This document shows, piece after piece, positions 18,328-28,180 of a DNA stretch of 44,806 nucleotides; the first letter of the stretch is position 1, and each line of letters starts with the position of its first letter. The translations under genes and the position numbers were made by a program. The notes under the pieces are model-generated. The model did not search any database. It was not told the origin of the DNA and saw nothing but the letters and a program-made list of their open reading frames with translations. This stretch comes from a virus (lineage: Duplodnaviria > Caudoviricetes). Location: positions 1 through 44,806 of the IMG/VR virus record IMGVR_UViG_3300007231_001794. The stretch is one strand, 5' to 3'.

Positions 18328-20867
18328 GATACAAAAACCCATTTCCAGTAGGAGTTAAATTACCAGAGATCGTCGTTCCAGACGATACACTAGAGTCCCT
18401 CGGTCTCAAACATGGTAGTTCTAGCTTGGAGATACTGAAGCAGTTATGCAGAAAAGGCCTTAGAGACAAATCTTTGACTAAAGCTGAAAACAAAAAGGAC
18501 TACTATGATAGGGTTCAGATGGAAATCGACATTCTGGATGATCTCGGTTTTGTGGACTATATACTTCTCAACTGGGACATTATGGATTACTGCCAAAGAA
18601 GTAAAATCCCTACTGGTGCTGGAAGGGGAAGTGCGGCTGGTAGTTTGGTTTTATTTCTTCTCGGTGTAACTAATATAGATCCAATTAAATATGAACTATT
18701 TTTTGAAAGATTTGTCTCTAAAAGCAGAGCAAGGAAAATTGAGCATGAGGGAGAAGTGTTTCTTGACGGTTCTTTACTCGCTGATATTGATAACGATATT
18801 TCTTATGATCGCAGGGCTGAAGTTATTAAGTATATTGAAGACAAGTACGAAGGAAGAACTTCCAAGATTTTAACTCTTAACACACTAAGTTCGAAGCTAT
18901 GCATGAAAGAATGCGGAAAGATAGTGGAAGAATTATCTGAAATGGATGTCAACCAGATTAGTGACACTATACCTAAGCATTTTGGCAAAGTCGCAAAATT
19001 AGATATTGCTTACGACGAAAGCGAATCTTTTAAAAAGTTTGCTGATAAGCATGAGAGATGTTATAAAATAGCAAAAAAATTAGAAGGCTTAATTAAAAAT
19101 ACAGGAGTTCACCCTTCTGGAATTTCTATTAGTTATTACAACCAAGAGGATATAATGCCTCTCCAAAAAACGAATGATGGAGCTTTGGTTTCTGGTTATG
19201 ATATGGATGACGTTGCCAGCCTTAGCGTTAAGTTCGATATACTTGGACTGAGGACGCTTTCGGTGGTTAATGATACCTGTAACCAAATAGGCATCAAAGC
19301 CTCTGAGATCGACCCTAGCGACGAAAGCATCTATGCTGCGTTAGCTTGCCTACAGCAACCCAAAGGCTTGTTCCAAATCGAAGCTGATGTAAACTTCAAA
19401 GTATGCAAGCAGGTTGCCCCCAGAAACCTAGAACAGCTTTCCGCAGTTGTGGCTATTGCCAGACCAGGAGCTTTAGATTTTAAGGACAGTTACGCTGAAT
19501 ATGTAAGAACTGGAGAGTTTAATTGTGTGCATGAATTTTTTGATGATATACTTAGTTATACAGGGGGCATTCCTCTTTACCAAGAGCAGTTAATGAAAAT
19601 GGCTGTTAAGGTTGGCTTTAGCCTAGATGAGTCAGAGCAGCTTAGAAGGATAGTCGGAAAGAAGAAGGTTGAGGATATGCCAGCTTGGAAAGCCAAGATT
19701 GAAGAAAAAATCAAAGAGAAAAACCTAGATCCAGTTATAGGGGAGGTTTTGTGGAAAGTCGCAGAAGATTCTGCTAATTATTCGTTTAACAAATCCCACA
19801 GTATTTCTTACGCTTACTTGGCGGCGATAACTATCTACCTTAAATTTAACCATCCACAGGAATTCTTTCTTAGTTTACTTAAGATGGCAAGGTTCGAACC
19901 TAACTCTCATGAAGAGATAGCTAAAATATCTCAAGAGCTTTCGTTTTTTGATATAACACTTTTGCCACCAGACTTAAACCTTTCTGATTTTGATTTTAAG
20001 ATCGAAGGCAAAAATATAAGATACGGATTAAACTCCATTAAAGGTGTTTCTGGTAAGATTATCGAATCTCTAATCGAGTTTAGAGAAAACAACTTTGAAA
20101 ACAAATATGATATATTTACAGCTGCTAAAGATTGTGGAGTTAATATAGGCACTATGTCTGCGTTTATCCAAGCTGGGCTATTAGATTCTTTTGTTACGAC
20201 TGATCGTTGTAGATTAGTTCTTGAGGCTCAAAGCTTTAATATATTAACGGACAGAGAAAAAAGGAACATAATTGAAGTTGGTGATCGCTTTAATTATGAC
20301 GTATTAAATACAATACAGCACTTTAGACAAGAGAATGCTCCAGCTGACGACGGCAGAATTCTATTCGCTGACAGAAGGTTTGGAACGTTCAAAAAGAAGT
20401 ATGATCAATATAAAAAAATATATGAGCAAAACACAAGTCACATAAAATATGCTAACTGGTTCTTTGAAGAAAAACTACTTGGTTATAGTTATTCTCACAC
20501 AATAAGGGATATCTTTAGCGCTGGAGATTCTGTCTCATTTAACACATCAGAGGACATAAGGCGATCATCTTCTAGGAGAAGAGTTAAATTTGTTGGAACC
20601 GTCGTAGATATAACAAAGAGGACAAGCAGAAACGGAAACAAGTACGCTAGATTAGAAATGCAGGATGATTTAGGTCCAGTTTGCGGCTTGTTTCTCGATT
20701 CCGATAGAAATGAAAGGTTGACAGAATATATAAGTTCTGGTAAAAAGTTACCTAAGAAGGGTGACGTCACCATTATTACTGGAGACGTTGGAGATGATAT
20801 TGTGTTTGTAGATTCAATAAACACAATCGAAGAAAAAATTTATATGAAATTATCTGAACTAAAATGA
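18324..20867 (+). CDS. dnaE: DNA polymerase III alpha catalytic part (no PHP domain)
   Basis: GRGSAAGS, FERF, DIDND, HPSG, KFDILGL, YQEQ, YSFNKSH, C-terminal OB fold. Confidence 0.95.
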   Translation: MRYKNPFPVGVKLPEIVVPDDTLESLGLKHGSSSLEILKQLCRKGLRDKSLTKAENKKDYYDRVQMEIDILDDLGFVDYILLNWDIMDYCQRSKIPTGAGRGSAAGSLVLFLLGVTNIDPIKYELFFERFVSKSRARKIEHEGEVFLDGSLLADIDNDISYDRRAEVIKYIEDKYEGRTSKILTLNTLSSKLCMKECGKIVEELSEMDVNQISDTIPKHFGKVAKLDIAYDESESFKKFADKHERCYKIAKKLEGLIKNTGVHPSGISISYYNQEDIMPLQKTNDGALVSGYDMDDVASLSVKFDILGLRTLSVVNDTCNQIGIKASEIDPSDESIYAALACLQQPKGLFQIEADVNFKVCKQVAPRNLEQLSAVVAIARPGALDFKDSYAEYVRTGEFNCVHEFFDDILSYTGGIPLYQEQLMKMAVKVGFSLDESEQLRRIVGKKKVEDMPAWKAKIEEKIKEKNLDPVIGEVLWKVAEDSANYSFNKSHSISYAYLAAITIYLKFNHPQEFFLSLLKMARFEPNSHEEIAKISQELSFFDITLLPPDLNLSDFDFKIEGKNIRYGLNSIKGVSGKIIESLIEFRENNFENKYDIFTAAKDCGVNIGTMSAFIQAGLLDSFVTTDRCRLVLEAQSFNILTDREKRNIIEVGDRFNYDVLNTIQHFRQENAPADDGRILFADRRFGTFKKKYDQYKKIYEQNTSHIKYANWFFEEKLLGYSYSHTIRDIFSAGDSVSFNTSEDIRRSSSRRRVKFVGTVVDITKRTSRNGNKYARLEMQDDLGPVCGLFLDSDRNERLTEYISSGKKLPKKGDVTIITGDVGDDIVFVDSINTIEEKIYMKLSELK

Positions 20868-23296
20868 GTGTATTTAACAACGTGATATTTAAAGACTTTA
20901 ACTTAACGCCTAGAGCTAAAAAAGCTTACAAATCCGCCTTTGATCTTTCTAAAGAGATGGGGCATAACAATGTCAATAATTTACATGTCGTATTCGGTTG
21001 TGCTGAAAACATGTCTGGGACCTTAAAAGATCTTATAGAAGATATAGGTTTTAAGTTTAAACCAGAAGACATAGTTGATAAAATAAACCAACTCGAAGAA
21101 AGGGCAGGAATGAGTGAAAAGTTCTATGCTAACAAAAATTCAGACCCTTGGCATAAAGAAGTTTTAGATGCAATGAATTCTGCTAATAAAATTTCGCAGA
21201 AGCTTGACCATCATTATGTTGGAATTGAACATATCCTTCTTGGAATATTAGACACATCAATGTATGTTTTCCCAGATATAGGAATCCAAAGCTTTAGTGA
21301 TACCTTGGAAAACTATGCCAAGGGAGATCAATCTAATAATCCAGACCCATTATCATTGGACGATTTGTTGGGGGACCTTTCTGACTTTGTTGAAATTTCA
21401 GACCCTCCTAATGAAGAACCTAATAAAATACCTTCTTTTTTAACAAGCTTAAACGATCTTTATTCGGAAGGAAAGCTCCCAGATGTATATGGAAGGGACG
21501 AGGAAATCAAACTCCTCATAGAAACCATCTCTAAAAAGAACAAAAGTAATGCAATATTAACTGGTGACGCTGGCGTTGGTAAAACAGCTATAGTAGAAGC
21601 TTTGGCTACTAAAATTTGCCAAGCAGATGTTTCCTCTAACCTTTTAGGAATGGAAATTATGAGCGTTGATATTGCTTCTATGTTGTCTGGCACTCAGTAT
21701 AGAGGTCAGTTTGAAGCTAAGTTCAAAGACCTCCTTGAAATGGCCAAACAAAACCCCCACATCATTCTTTTCTTTGATGAGATTCATACTATATTTGGTG
21801 CAGGAGGAAACCAAGAAGGAAGCATCGATGCGGCAAACATGCTAAAACCAATGCTCGCCAGAGGAGAGATTAAATGCATAGGTTCTACGACGTCAGACGA
21901 ATACGAAAAGATATTCAAGAAAGACTCGGCAATGAAAAGAAGGTTTTTTAATATAGAGGTGTCAGAACCTTCGGTAGAGGATACAAAAAAAATATTATAT
22001 AATTGCAAATCCAGATACGAAGACTTTCATAATGTTAGATATAGCAAAACAATTATTGATTGTGTTGTAGATTTATCCTCCAACTTGGTTAGCAATAAAA
22101 ATTTCCCAGATAAAGCTTTTGATATAATAGACCAAGTAGGTTCTAGAATAAAAATAAAAAATTCTAAGCCGTCCGATGAGCTAGTAAACAGCCACAAAGA
22201 GTTTGTAGACTTTTTATCTAAGGGAGACCAAGATGTTGAAGATGTCAAAGAAAAATTCAACTTGTTTCTCTTGGACTTAAAAAGATTAAATGAAGAATCT
22301 TATTTAGATCCAGTAACCATTAAAAAGAGCGATATCCTTGAGATTATTTCTGAACATGGAAAAGTTTCTGTTGACCAGATAAAAGAAAGCAGACAAGGCT
22401 TTTCTTCTTTCTCCCAAAGAATGTCTAAGGAAATTTTCGGGCAAGACTCTGTTATTAACAAGGTTAATGACCTACTCAGTTGTGCTAAAGCTGGATTCAC
22501 GGATGAAGATAAGCCTTTAGCCAGCATGTTCTTTGTTGGTCCGACCAGTGTCGGGAAAACATACACAGCAAAGAAAATAGCCAAAAACTTTTTTGGTAAT
22601 GAAAATGCCATTATTCAGATAAACATGAGTGAGTTGTATGACAAGACAGGTATTAGCAAACTTATTGGCTCTAATTCTGGCTATGTCGGCTATGAAGAAG
22701 GAGGAATGCTTACTAAGTTTGTTAAGGACAATCCAAACTGCGTTGTTCTTTTTGACGAAGTAGAGAAGGCCGACCCACAAGTTTTAAACTTATTGCTCCA
22801 CCTTTTAGATGAGGGTTACATAGAAGACAACAAGCACAACAAGGTTGACTTTTCTAAGTCTATAGTTATTTTAACAAGTAATATAGGGCACGAAAAAGCC
22901 AACAAGCCGAGCATGGGATTTGTTCAAGACGAAGGAGTTAAGTCTGATTCTTACAAGGAGTCAGTAAAGGGAAAGCTTAAACCAGAACTTCTTGCTAGAA
23001 TAAATGATGTACTGGTTTTCGATGACCTTGGAGACTCCGACATCAAAAGAATTATAAAATTTGAGCTTGACAAGATAAAAGATAAATTAAAAAAGAAAAA
23101 CATAAGCATAATTGTTAAAAACACCTCTATAGATTGCATTTTTAACGATATTAAAAACAAAAAGATGCACGTAAGGGATGTAAAAAGATACGTCAAAGAA
23201 AAAGTCCAAGTTCCAATTGCAAAACTAGTTGTCAAAAACTCAAAAACATCAGAGATAATGCTAAAAAGTGTTGACAATAAAATAAGTATATGCTAA
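20864..23296 (+). CDS. ClpA/ClpC-type AAA+ ATPase
   Basis: Clp-N repeat (HYVGIEHILLG), Walker A GDAGVGKT and GPTSVGKT, FDEIH, PDKAFDIID, DEVEKA, MGF loop. Confidence 0.93.
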   Translation: MSVFNNVIFKDFNLTPRAKKAYKSAFDLSKEMGHNNVNNLHVVFGCAENMSGTLKDLIEDIGFKFKPEDIVDKINQLEERAGMSEKFYANKNSDPWHKEVLDAMNSANKISQKLDHHYVGIEHILLGILDTSMYVFPDIGIQSFSDTLENYAKGDQSNNPDPLSLDDLLGDLSDFVEISDPPNEEPNKIPSFLTSLNDLYSEGKLPDVYGRDEEIKLLIETISKKNKSNAILTGDAGVGKTAIVEALATKICQADVSSNLLGMEIMSVDIASMLSGTQYRGQFEAKFKDLLEMAKQNPHIILFFDEIHTIFGAGGNQEGSIDAANMLKPMLARGEIKCIGSTTSDEYEKIFKKDSAMKRRFFNIEVSEPSVEDTKKILYNCKSRYEDFHNVRYSKTIIDCVVDLSSNLVSNKNFPDKAFDIIDQVGSRIKIKNSKPSDELVNSHKEFVDFLSKGDQDVEDVKEKFNLFLLDLKRLNEESYLDPVTIKKSDILEIISEHGKVSVDQIKESRQGFSSFSQRMSKEIFGQDSVINKVNDLLSCAKAGFTDEDKPLASMFFVGPTSVGKTYTAKKIAKNFFGNENAIIQINMSELYDKTGISKLIGSNSGYVGYEEGGMLTKFVKDNPNCVVLFDEVEKADPQVLNLLLHLLDEGYIEDNKHNKVDFSKSIVILTSNIGHEKANKPSMGFVQDEGVKSDSYKESVKGKLKPELLARINDVLVFDDLGDSDIKRIIKFELDKIKDKLKKKNISIIVKNTSIDCIFNDIKNKKMHVRDVKRYVKEKVQVPIAKLVVKNSKTSEIMLKSVDNKISIC

Positions 23297-23299
23297 TAT
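23271..23299 (+). promoter_or_regulatory. Sigma-70-like promoter
   Basis: TTGACA-17 nt-TAATAT with extended TG; ATG 9 nt downstream. Confidence 0.7.
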
Positions 23300-23308
23300 A
23301 TTTCTTAT

Positions 23309-23533
23309 ATGAACAAAACACAACAAAACAAAATCATGAAAGCAATCCGTAGCAGCAAGGGCCGTTTCTTCGGTCTTTATACTAAAGCTGGTGAGGCTGT
23401 GAACGCTCAGTTCGTTTCTGAAAGCCCACTTTACGTGACTGTTTATGATCGAAATGCGAAGAATACTCGCAAGTTTGCTAAAGCTAGCCTTAAAGGTTTG
23501 AGTCTTAAGGGTCAGAAAATTGGTGCCGCCTAG
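23309..23533 (+). CDS. Small basic hypothetical protein
   Basis: 74-aa ORF directly after a consensus-like promoter. Confidence 0.75.
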   Translation: MNKTQQNKIMKAIRSSKGRFFGLYTKAGEAVNAQFVSESPLYVTVYDRNAKNTRKFAKASLKGLSLKGQKIGAA

Positions 23534-23556
23534 ATATTTAGCAAAATAGAAAACTC

Positions 23557-23614
23557 AAGCCCTTCCAGTATAATTAGTAGATGAACGCGTCGCAATTATT
23601 TTCTGGAAGGGCTT
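23557..23614. repeat. Perfect 12-bp inverted repeat spanning a -10 box and start codon
   Basis: AAGCCCTTCCAG (23557-23568) and CTGGAAGGGCTT (23603-23614). Confidence 0.85.
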
Positions 23615-24651
23615 ACGCTTTTGACACCGAAAAAATAGTAGATAAAAACGAAGCTGCTTACGAGATTATTAAGGAAGTGATATCAAAGTCCAACACAGAT
23701 ATCAAAATAGATTCGTTGGTAGAGCTTTTTGGAAATGAGAACTTTGATAACTACAAAATAATTAGCGGGGATCTTTTATACTCTATCAAAATTTCTCTCG
23801 ATGACGATTGTTTCGTTCTAAAAAACGAGTCGGAGTTTCTAAAAAATAATAAATCTCCACTAATTCCTTACTTTCTAGACTCAGGAAAGATCAGGATAGG
23901 AAACGACATACTGTTTTTGCTCTCTGCTCATGATGAAGGTTATGATATAAGAGGCGAAGGCATAGCGTCCGTCATAGAAAATGATGAATCTTTTTTTTAC
24001 ACCCTATACCACTTTAGCAATCTAAAAAGCAAAATCTCTTGCCGTGAATATCTAGACATGTTTCTAAACAAAACAAAAATAGAAGAGCAGTCTAAAATTT
24101 TAAAAGAGAGTATATCTTCCATTCATAAAATAGGCAAAATAAAAAAAGTTTTTTCCCTTCTTTACGAAGAAGTCTTCTCAAATTATGACGAAACGATTCT
24201 TGAGGGAGACAGAGCTTGTCATGGACATTTTGAGTTAGACAATATAATAACTAGGCACGGTTTATATAAATACAAGAATTTAGGATTCAATTTCTCTGGT
24301 AATCCAGTTTTCGATGTTTGTTATTTTGCTGTTAGCTCTGGCCTTAGCAAAAGATCTTCCCTTTTATTTTTTAAAAAATACTGCGATTTCAATAAAAAAG
24401 ACATGAACTCGCTAAGACCCCAATACGAATATTGTATGAGAATAACATCTTGCTTATTCTTCTCCAAACTTTTCTTTGATTACTTGATAGAGGAAACAAT
24501 ATTTGAAACCAGAAGACCTCATAAATTATTGTCATTATCTGTTGATTTTTCAAAATGCTACCATAATCTAGAAAGAATTTCCTGTGGCGATGATATCAAA
24601 GATCTTTTAAGCAGAATAATAACAAGACCTATTACCGATAAAGTAAAATAA
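23581..24651 (+). CDS. APH/choline-kinase-fold protein, probably catalytically altered
   Basis: YSIK, LKNE..FL, CHGHFELDNI (cf. HGDlxxxN), NLG..FSGNPVFDV (cf. DWxxxxxGxPxxD). Confidence 0.55.
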   Translation: MNASQLFSGRAYAFDTEKIVDKNEAAYEIIKEVISKSNTDIKIDSLVELFGNENFDNYKIISGDLLYSIKISLDDDCFVLKNESEFLKNNKSPLIPYFLDSGKIRIGNDILFLLSAHDEGYDIRGEGIASVIENDESFFYTLYHFSNLKSKISCREYLDMFLNKTKIEEQSKILKESISSIHKIGKIKKVFSLLYEEVFSNYDETILEGDRACHGHFELDNIITRHGLYKYKNLGFNFSGNPVFDVCYFAVSSGLSKRSSLLFFKKYCDFNKKDMNSLRPQYEYCMRITSCLFFSKLFFDYLIEETIFETRRPHKLLSLSVDFSKCYHNLERISCGDDIKDLLSRIITRPITDKVK

Positions 24652-24700
24652 AATAAAAATATACTAGAAAACGCTTGTTCTGTATATATTATATAGCAAG

Positions 24701-25162
24701 ATGATTCAGTTCTACAAGCCAAATTCGAAAAACACAGGAAACGCTTTTGGTTTCCGTTTAGGCATTAAAGGAAAAAGCGAAACCCCTTGTGTTTATATGA
24801 CAGCCATTAAGCAGCACTCTTGGAATAACAAGACTAAGAGCGGTTCGTTTGCTGAAAATGCTAAGGACCCAGAAAAGTGCGCCTCTGTTAAGTTTAATGA
24901 GATCGAACTGGGTGGTTTTATTTATGCGATTGAGAATTACGAAAAATTCAATGCTTTTCATAGTTTCGATGACAATAAAACATCTATATCGTTAAGCCCT
25001 TACACAAAAAACGATGGAACAAAAGCTTTTTCCTTCTCTGTGTCTAGAAACTCCGCCAATAAATTTGGTATAGGCTTAGAGATGTCGGAAGCCTATCTTC
25101 TGGTTGAGTATTTTAAATTCGTTTTAAATGAAATATTCACCTACAAAACAAACAATAAATAA
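24701..25162 (+). CDS. Hypothetical protein
   Basis: 153-aa beta-rich ORF, TAATG-coupled to the next gene, AT-rich promoter-like leader. Confidence 0.7.
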   Translation: MIQFYKPNSKNTGNAFGFRLGIKGKSETPCVYMTAIKQHSWNNKTKSGSFAENAKDPEKCASVKFNEIELGGFIYAIENYEKFNAFHSFDDNKTSISLSPYTKNDGTKAFSFSVSRNSANKFGIGLEMSEAYLLVEYFKFVLNEIFTYKTNNK

Positions 25163-27018
25163 TGAGAAAAAAAACCGTACTCATTCACTCTAATTTCTGC
25201 AAAGCTTTCACTGGTTTTGGAAAGAATCAGAAAAACGTTTTAAAATATCTTTATAAAACAGGCAAATACAAGATAATTGAAGCCGCCAACATGAAGATGG
25301 CTGGAGACAAGAGTTTAGAACTGCTTCCTTGGGATTGTTATGGTTCGGTTTCTAATAGCTATTCTTCAAGATCTGAAGAAGAAAAGAGAATGGATGGTTA
25401 CGGTTTTTTTGAAATAGATACTATAGTAGAAAAGGTAAGACCAGACGTTTATATCGGGGCAGAGGATATTTGGGCATTTACAAACTTTCACCATAAACCT
25501 TGGTGGAACAAAGTTAATTGTATGGTTTGGACAACCTTGGACAGTTTGCCTATTTTGCCTCAAGCAGTAGAGTATGCCCCTAAAATAAAAAACTACTACG
25601 TTTGGTCTACTTTCGCCGAGACGGCTTTCAAAGAAATGGGCTACGACCATGTAAAAACACTTAGAGGTTCATTAGATGTAGAAAATTTTCATAGGATTAG
25701 TGATGAGGCAAGGGGTAATTTAAGATCCTTTCATGGCATTGAAGGAGATGATTTTGTGGTGGGTTTTGTTTTCAGAAACCAACTAAGGAAGTCAGTGCCT
25801 AACTTGCTTGATGGTTTTAAGATGTTTAAAAAAGACAAACCAAACGTAAAACTTTTATTGCACACCCATTGGTCAGAAGGCTGGGATATAATGAGGCTTC
25901 TAGAAGAGAAAGGAATGGACGGAAGGGATATTTTAACAACTTATTTCTGTTCGTCATGCAATTCATATCATGTAAGAAACTTTACTGGTCAAAATCAAAA
26001 ATGCAGAGAGTGCGGTGAGGAAACTTTAAACACTACAAATGTAAGCGCTGGCGTTTCCGAAGAACAGCTTAACGAAGTATATAATCTAATGGATGTGTAC
26101 TGCCACCCATTTACTAGCGGTGGTCAGGAAATACCAGTCCAAGAGGCTAAACTCACAGAACTCATAACCTTGGTCACAGATTACTCATGCGGCGAAGACA
26201 GCTGCACAGAAGAGAGCGGCGGGTTACCTCTTAGTTGGCATGAGTATAGGGAACCAGGTACTCAATTCATCAAAGCTTCGACAGACGCTGAGAGTATCAA
26301 GCAAATGCTAAATACTGTTTTTGATATGTCCGACGAAGAAAGGTCAAGTGTTGGCGAGAAGGCTAGGTCTTGGGTAATGGAAAACTTTTCTATAGAAGTT
26401 ATAGGCAAAAAACTTGAATCAATTATTGATGATATGCCCTTACTAGACGAGGATGTTGATATAAAAAATTCAGCTCACAACGAGTTTTATCTCAAACCAG
26501 AAGGGCTCGAAGATAAAGAGTTCATTATAGATCTTTATAAAAACGTATTAAATGATGATGTGGATCAGAAGAACGATGGATTTAAACACTGGTTTAATAA
26601 AATTAAATCTGGAGAGGTTGATCAAAATAGTCTTTATCACCACTTCATAGAGATAGCCAAAAAAGAGAACTTAAAGAAACCTGTGTCTTTCGAAGACCTC
26701 CTATCTACAGACGATAAAGGTAAGCGAGTGGCAGTTATAATGCCAGAATCTGGGACAGATGTGCTTTTTTTAAACTCTCTCTTAAAAAACCTACAAAAAA
26801 AACACAAAGGCTTAAATATTTATATATTTACTAGACCAGAATATTTTGAATATATAGAAGATAACCCCTGTGTTTATAAATGTATCCCTTATTCAAACGT
26901 TTTAGATAATCCTGTATCGCTTGAGGGTTTTGGCGCTCACGAAGGGTTTTTTGAGGCAGCTTACTACCCTGCTACTACAACCCAAAAAGTCCCATGCTAC
27001 ATTCATAACGGAAATTAA
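25162..27018 (+). CDS. Multidomain glycosyltransferase: GT4-like core with Zn ribbon, DUF4214-like region and GT9-like N-half
   Basis: TGFG, RNQLRK, CSSC...CREC, YNLMDVYCHPFTSGGQEIPVQEA, FIIDLYKNVL...GFKHW, GTDVLFLNSLLKNL...NPCV. Confidence 0.78.
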   Translation: MRKKTVLIHSNFCKAFTGFGKNQKNVLKYLYKTGKYKIIEAANMKMAGDKSLELLPWDCYGSVSNSYSSRSEEEKRMDGYGFFEIDTIVEKVRPDVYIGAEDIWAFTNFHHKPWWNKVNCMVWTTLDSLPILPQAVEYAPKIKNYYVWSTFAETAFKEMGYDHVKTLRGSLDVENFHRISDEARGNLRSFHGIEGDDFVVGFVFRNQLRKSVPNLLDGFKMFKKDKPNVKLLLHTHWSEGWDIMRLLEEKGMDGRDILTTYFCSSCNSYHVRNFTGQNQKCRECGEETLNTTNVSAGVSEEQLNEVYNLMDVYCHPFTSGGQEIPVQEAKLTELITLVTDYSCGEDSCTEESGGLPLSWHEYREPGTQFIKASTDAESIKQMLNTVFDMSDEERSSVGEKARSWVMENFSIEVIGKKLESIIDDMPLLDEDVDIKNSAHNEFYLKPEGLEDKEFIIDLYKNVLNDDVDQKNDGFKHWFNKIKSGEVDQNSLYHHFIEIAKKENLKKPVSFEDLLSTDDKGKRVAVIMPESGTDVLFLNSLLKNLQKKHKGLNIYIFTRPEYFEYIEDNPCVYKCIPYSNVLDNPVSLEGFGAHEGFFEAAYYPATTTQKVPCYIHNGN

Positions 27019-27019
27019 T

Positions 27020-28180
27020 ATGTCACATTTACTTAAAGAATATTCAAAAAGCTTAGAGGTTAATCCTAAGAAGCCTGTCGTAAACAAGCACTTCTACCCA
27101 GTTACTCCAGAGAAATACATAGTGCTGTATAACGAGCAAGATATTGGCTCAAAAAATTACAGGTATTATTCTTTGGTTGTTGATTTGATAAGCCACGAAT
27201 TAAAAAGAAAAAACATAAAAGTTGTTATCATAGGTTCTGGAAAAGACATGAGTAACAGGGCCGACTACGTATACCCAAATTTAAGTTTCAGGAAAAATTG
27301 TTACATAGTTTCAAAGGCGGATCTATTGATATCAGTTGACAACGCCATAACCCAATATGCCAGTAGTCAAAATGTTCCTATAGTCAATCTATATGGAAAC
27401 ATTTATCCATCTATAACTACTCCGTATTGGTCCAACAAAAACAAAAAAGTAGACCTTGAACCAGAGTGGAGCACAAAACCCTGTTTAGCCCTTGAAGATC
27501 CTGACGATTGTATAAACAAAATACCAGCGGAGAAAGTTGCAGAATCTATCCTTAAAATATTAGAGCCCAACAGGAAGTCATTGATTAACTTTAAAACAAA
27601 ATTAGTCAATAAAATAAAAGACTTTTCTATAGATGTAATACCTACTAATTATGTAAACTTATCCATCTTCGAAAACTCAAGAATAAACATCAGGCTTGAT
27701 AAAGGTAAGATCAAAGAAGCTGCGTTTTATGAATATTGCGCAAACCATAAATGCAATATATTTATTGAAGATGTTATCATTCAACCAGACGGAATCAAAA
27801 ACTTTTCTAAAAACATTGGCTCTATTAATCTTTTTTTAAATTCAAAACCAGAAACAATACCCAAAAAGTATTTTGAGTTTCTTAAAAGACTCAATATAGA
27901 TTTTCACATTTTTGTGAAAAACAAAGAAATATTAGACGATATAAGGTTCGAGTATTTTGACCAGAACGTAGAATTTTACGATCCAAAATCAGAAAAGCCA
28001 AAAGACATTGACGTTAATGATAAGTTTTTCTCCTTTAAAATGGTTGTTGATGGAGAAAAGATTTACAAATCCTCTTATCATTGGAAAAATAGTATTGACA
28101 ACGAGGATAATATAGTAGATAATGCTGATTACTGGGAAGAATCAGATTACTTTTATATTTATGAACAAGACAGACACTAA
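27020..28180 (+). CDS. GT9 (heptosyltransferase-like) C-half plus unknown C-terminal domain
   Basis: KYIVL...KNY, VVIIGS, ADLLISVDN....ASSQNVPIVNLYG; start placed at ATG 27020. Confidence 0.65.
   Translation: MSHLLKEYSKSLEVNPKKPVVNKHFYPVTPEKYIVLYNEQDIGSKNYRYYSLVVDLISHELKRKNIKVVIIGSGKDMSNRADYVYPNLSFRKNCYIVSKADLLISVDNAITQYASSQNVPIVNLYGNIYPSITTPYWSNKNKKVDLEPEWSTKPCLALEDPDDCINKIPAEKVAESILKILEPNRKSLINFKTKLVNKIKDFSIDVIPTNYVNLSIFENSRINIRLDKGKIKEAAFYEYCANHKCNIFIEDVIIQPDGIKNFSKNIGSINLFLNSKPETIPKKYFEFLKRLNIDFHIFVKNKEILDDIRFEYFDQNVEFYDPKSEKPKDIDVNDKFFSFKMVVDGEKIYKSSYHWKNSIDNEDNIVDNADYWEESDYFYIYEQDRH
28095..28123 (+). promoter_or_regulatory. Sigma-70-like promoter
   Basis: TTGACA-17 nt-GATAAT upstream of ATG 28161. 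Confidence 0.55.

Noticed and set aside
4877-20867. Inteins or introns in nrdA, recA, dnaB or dnaE
   Set aside because: Lengths are normal or short, and no splice-junction or homing-endonuclease motifs were noticed.
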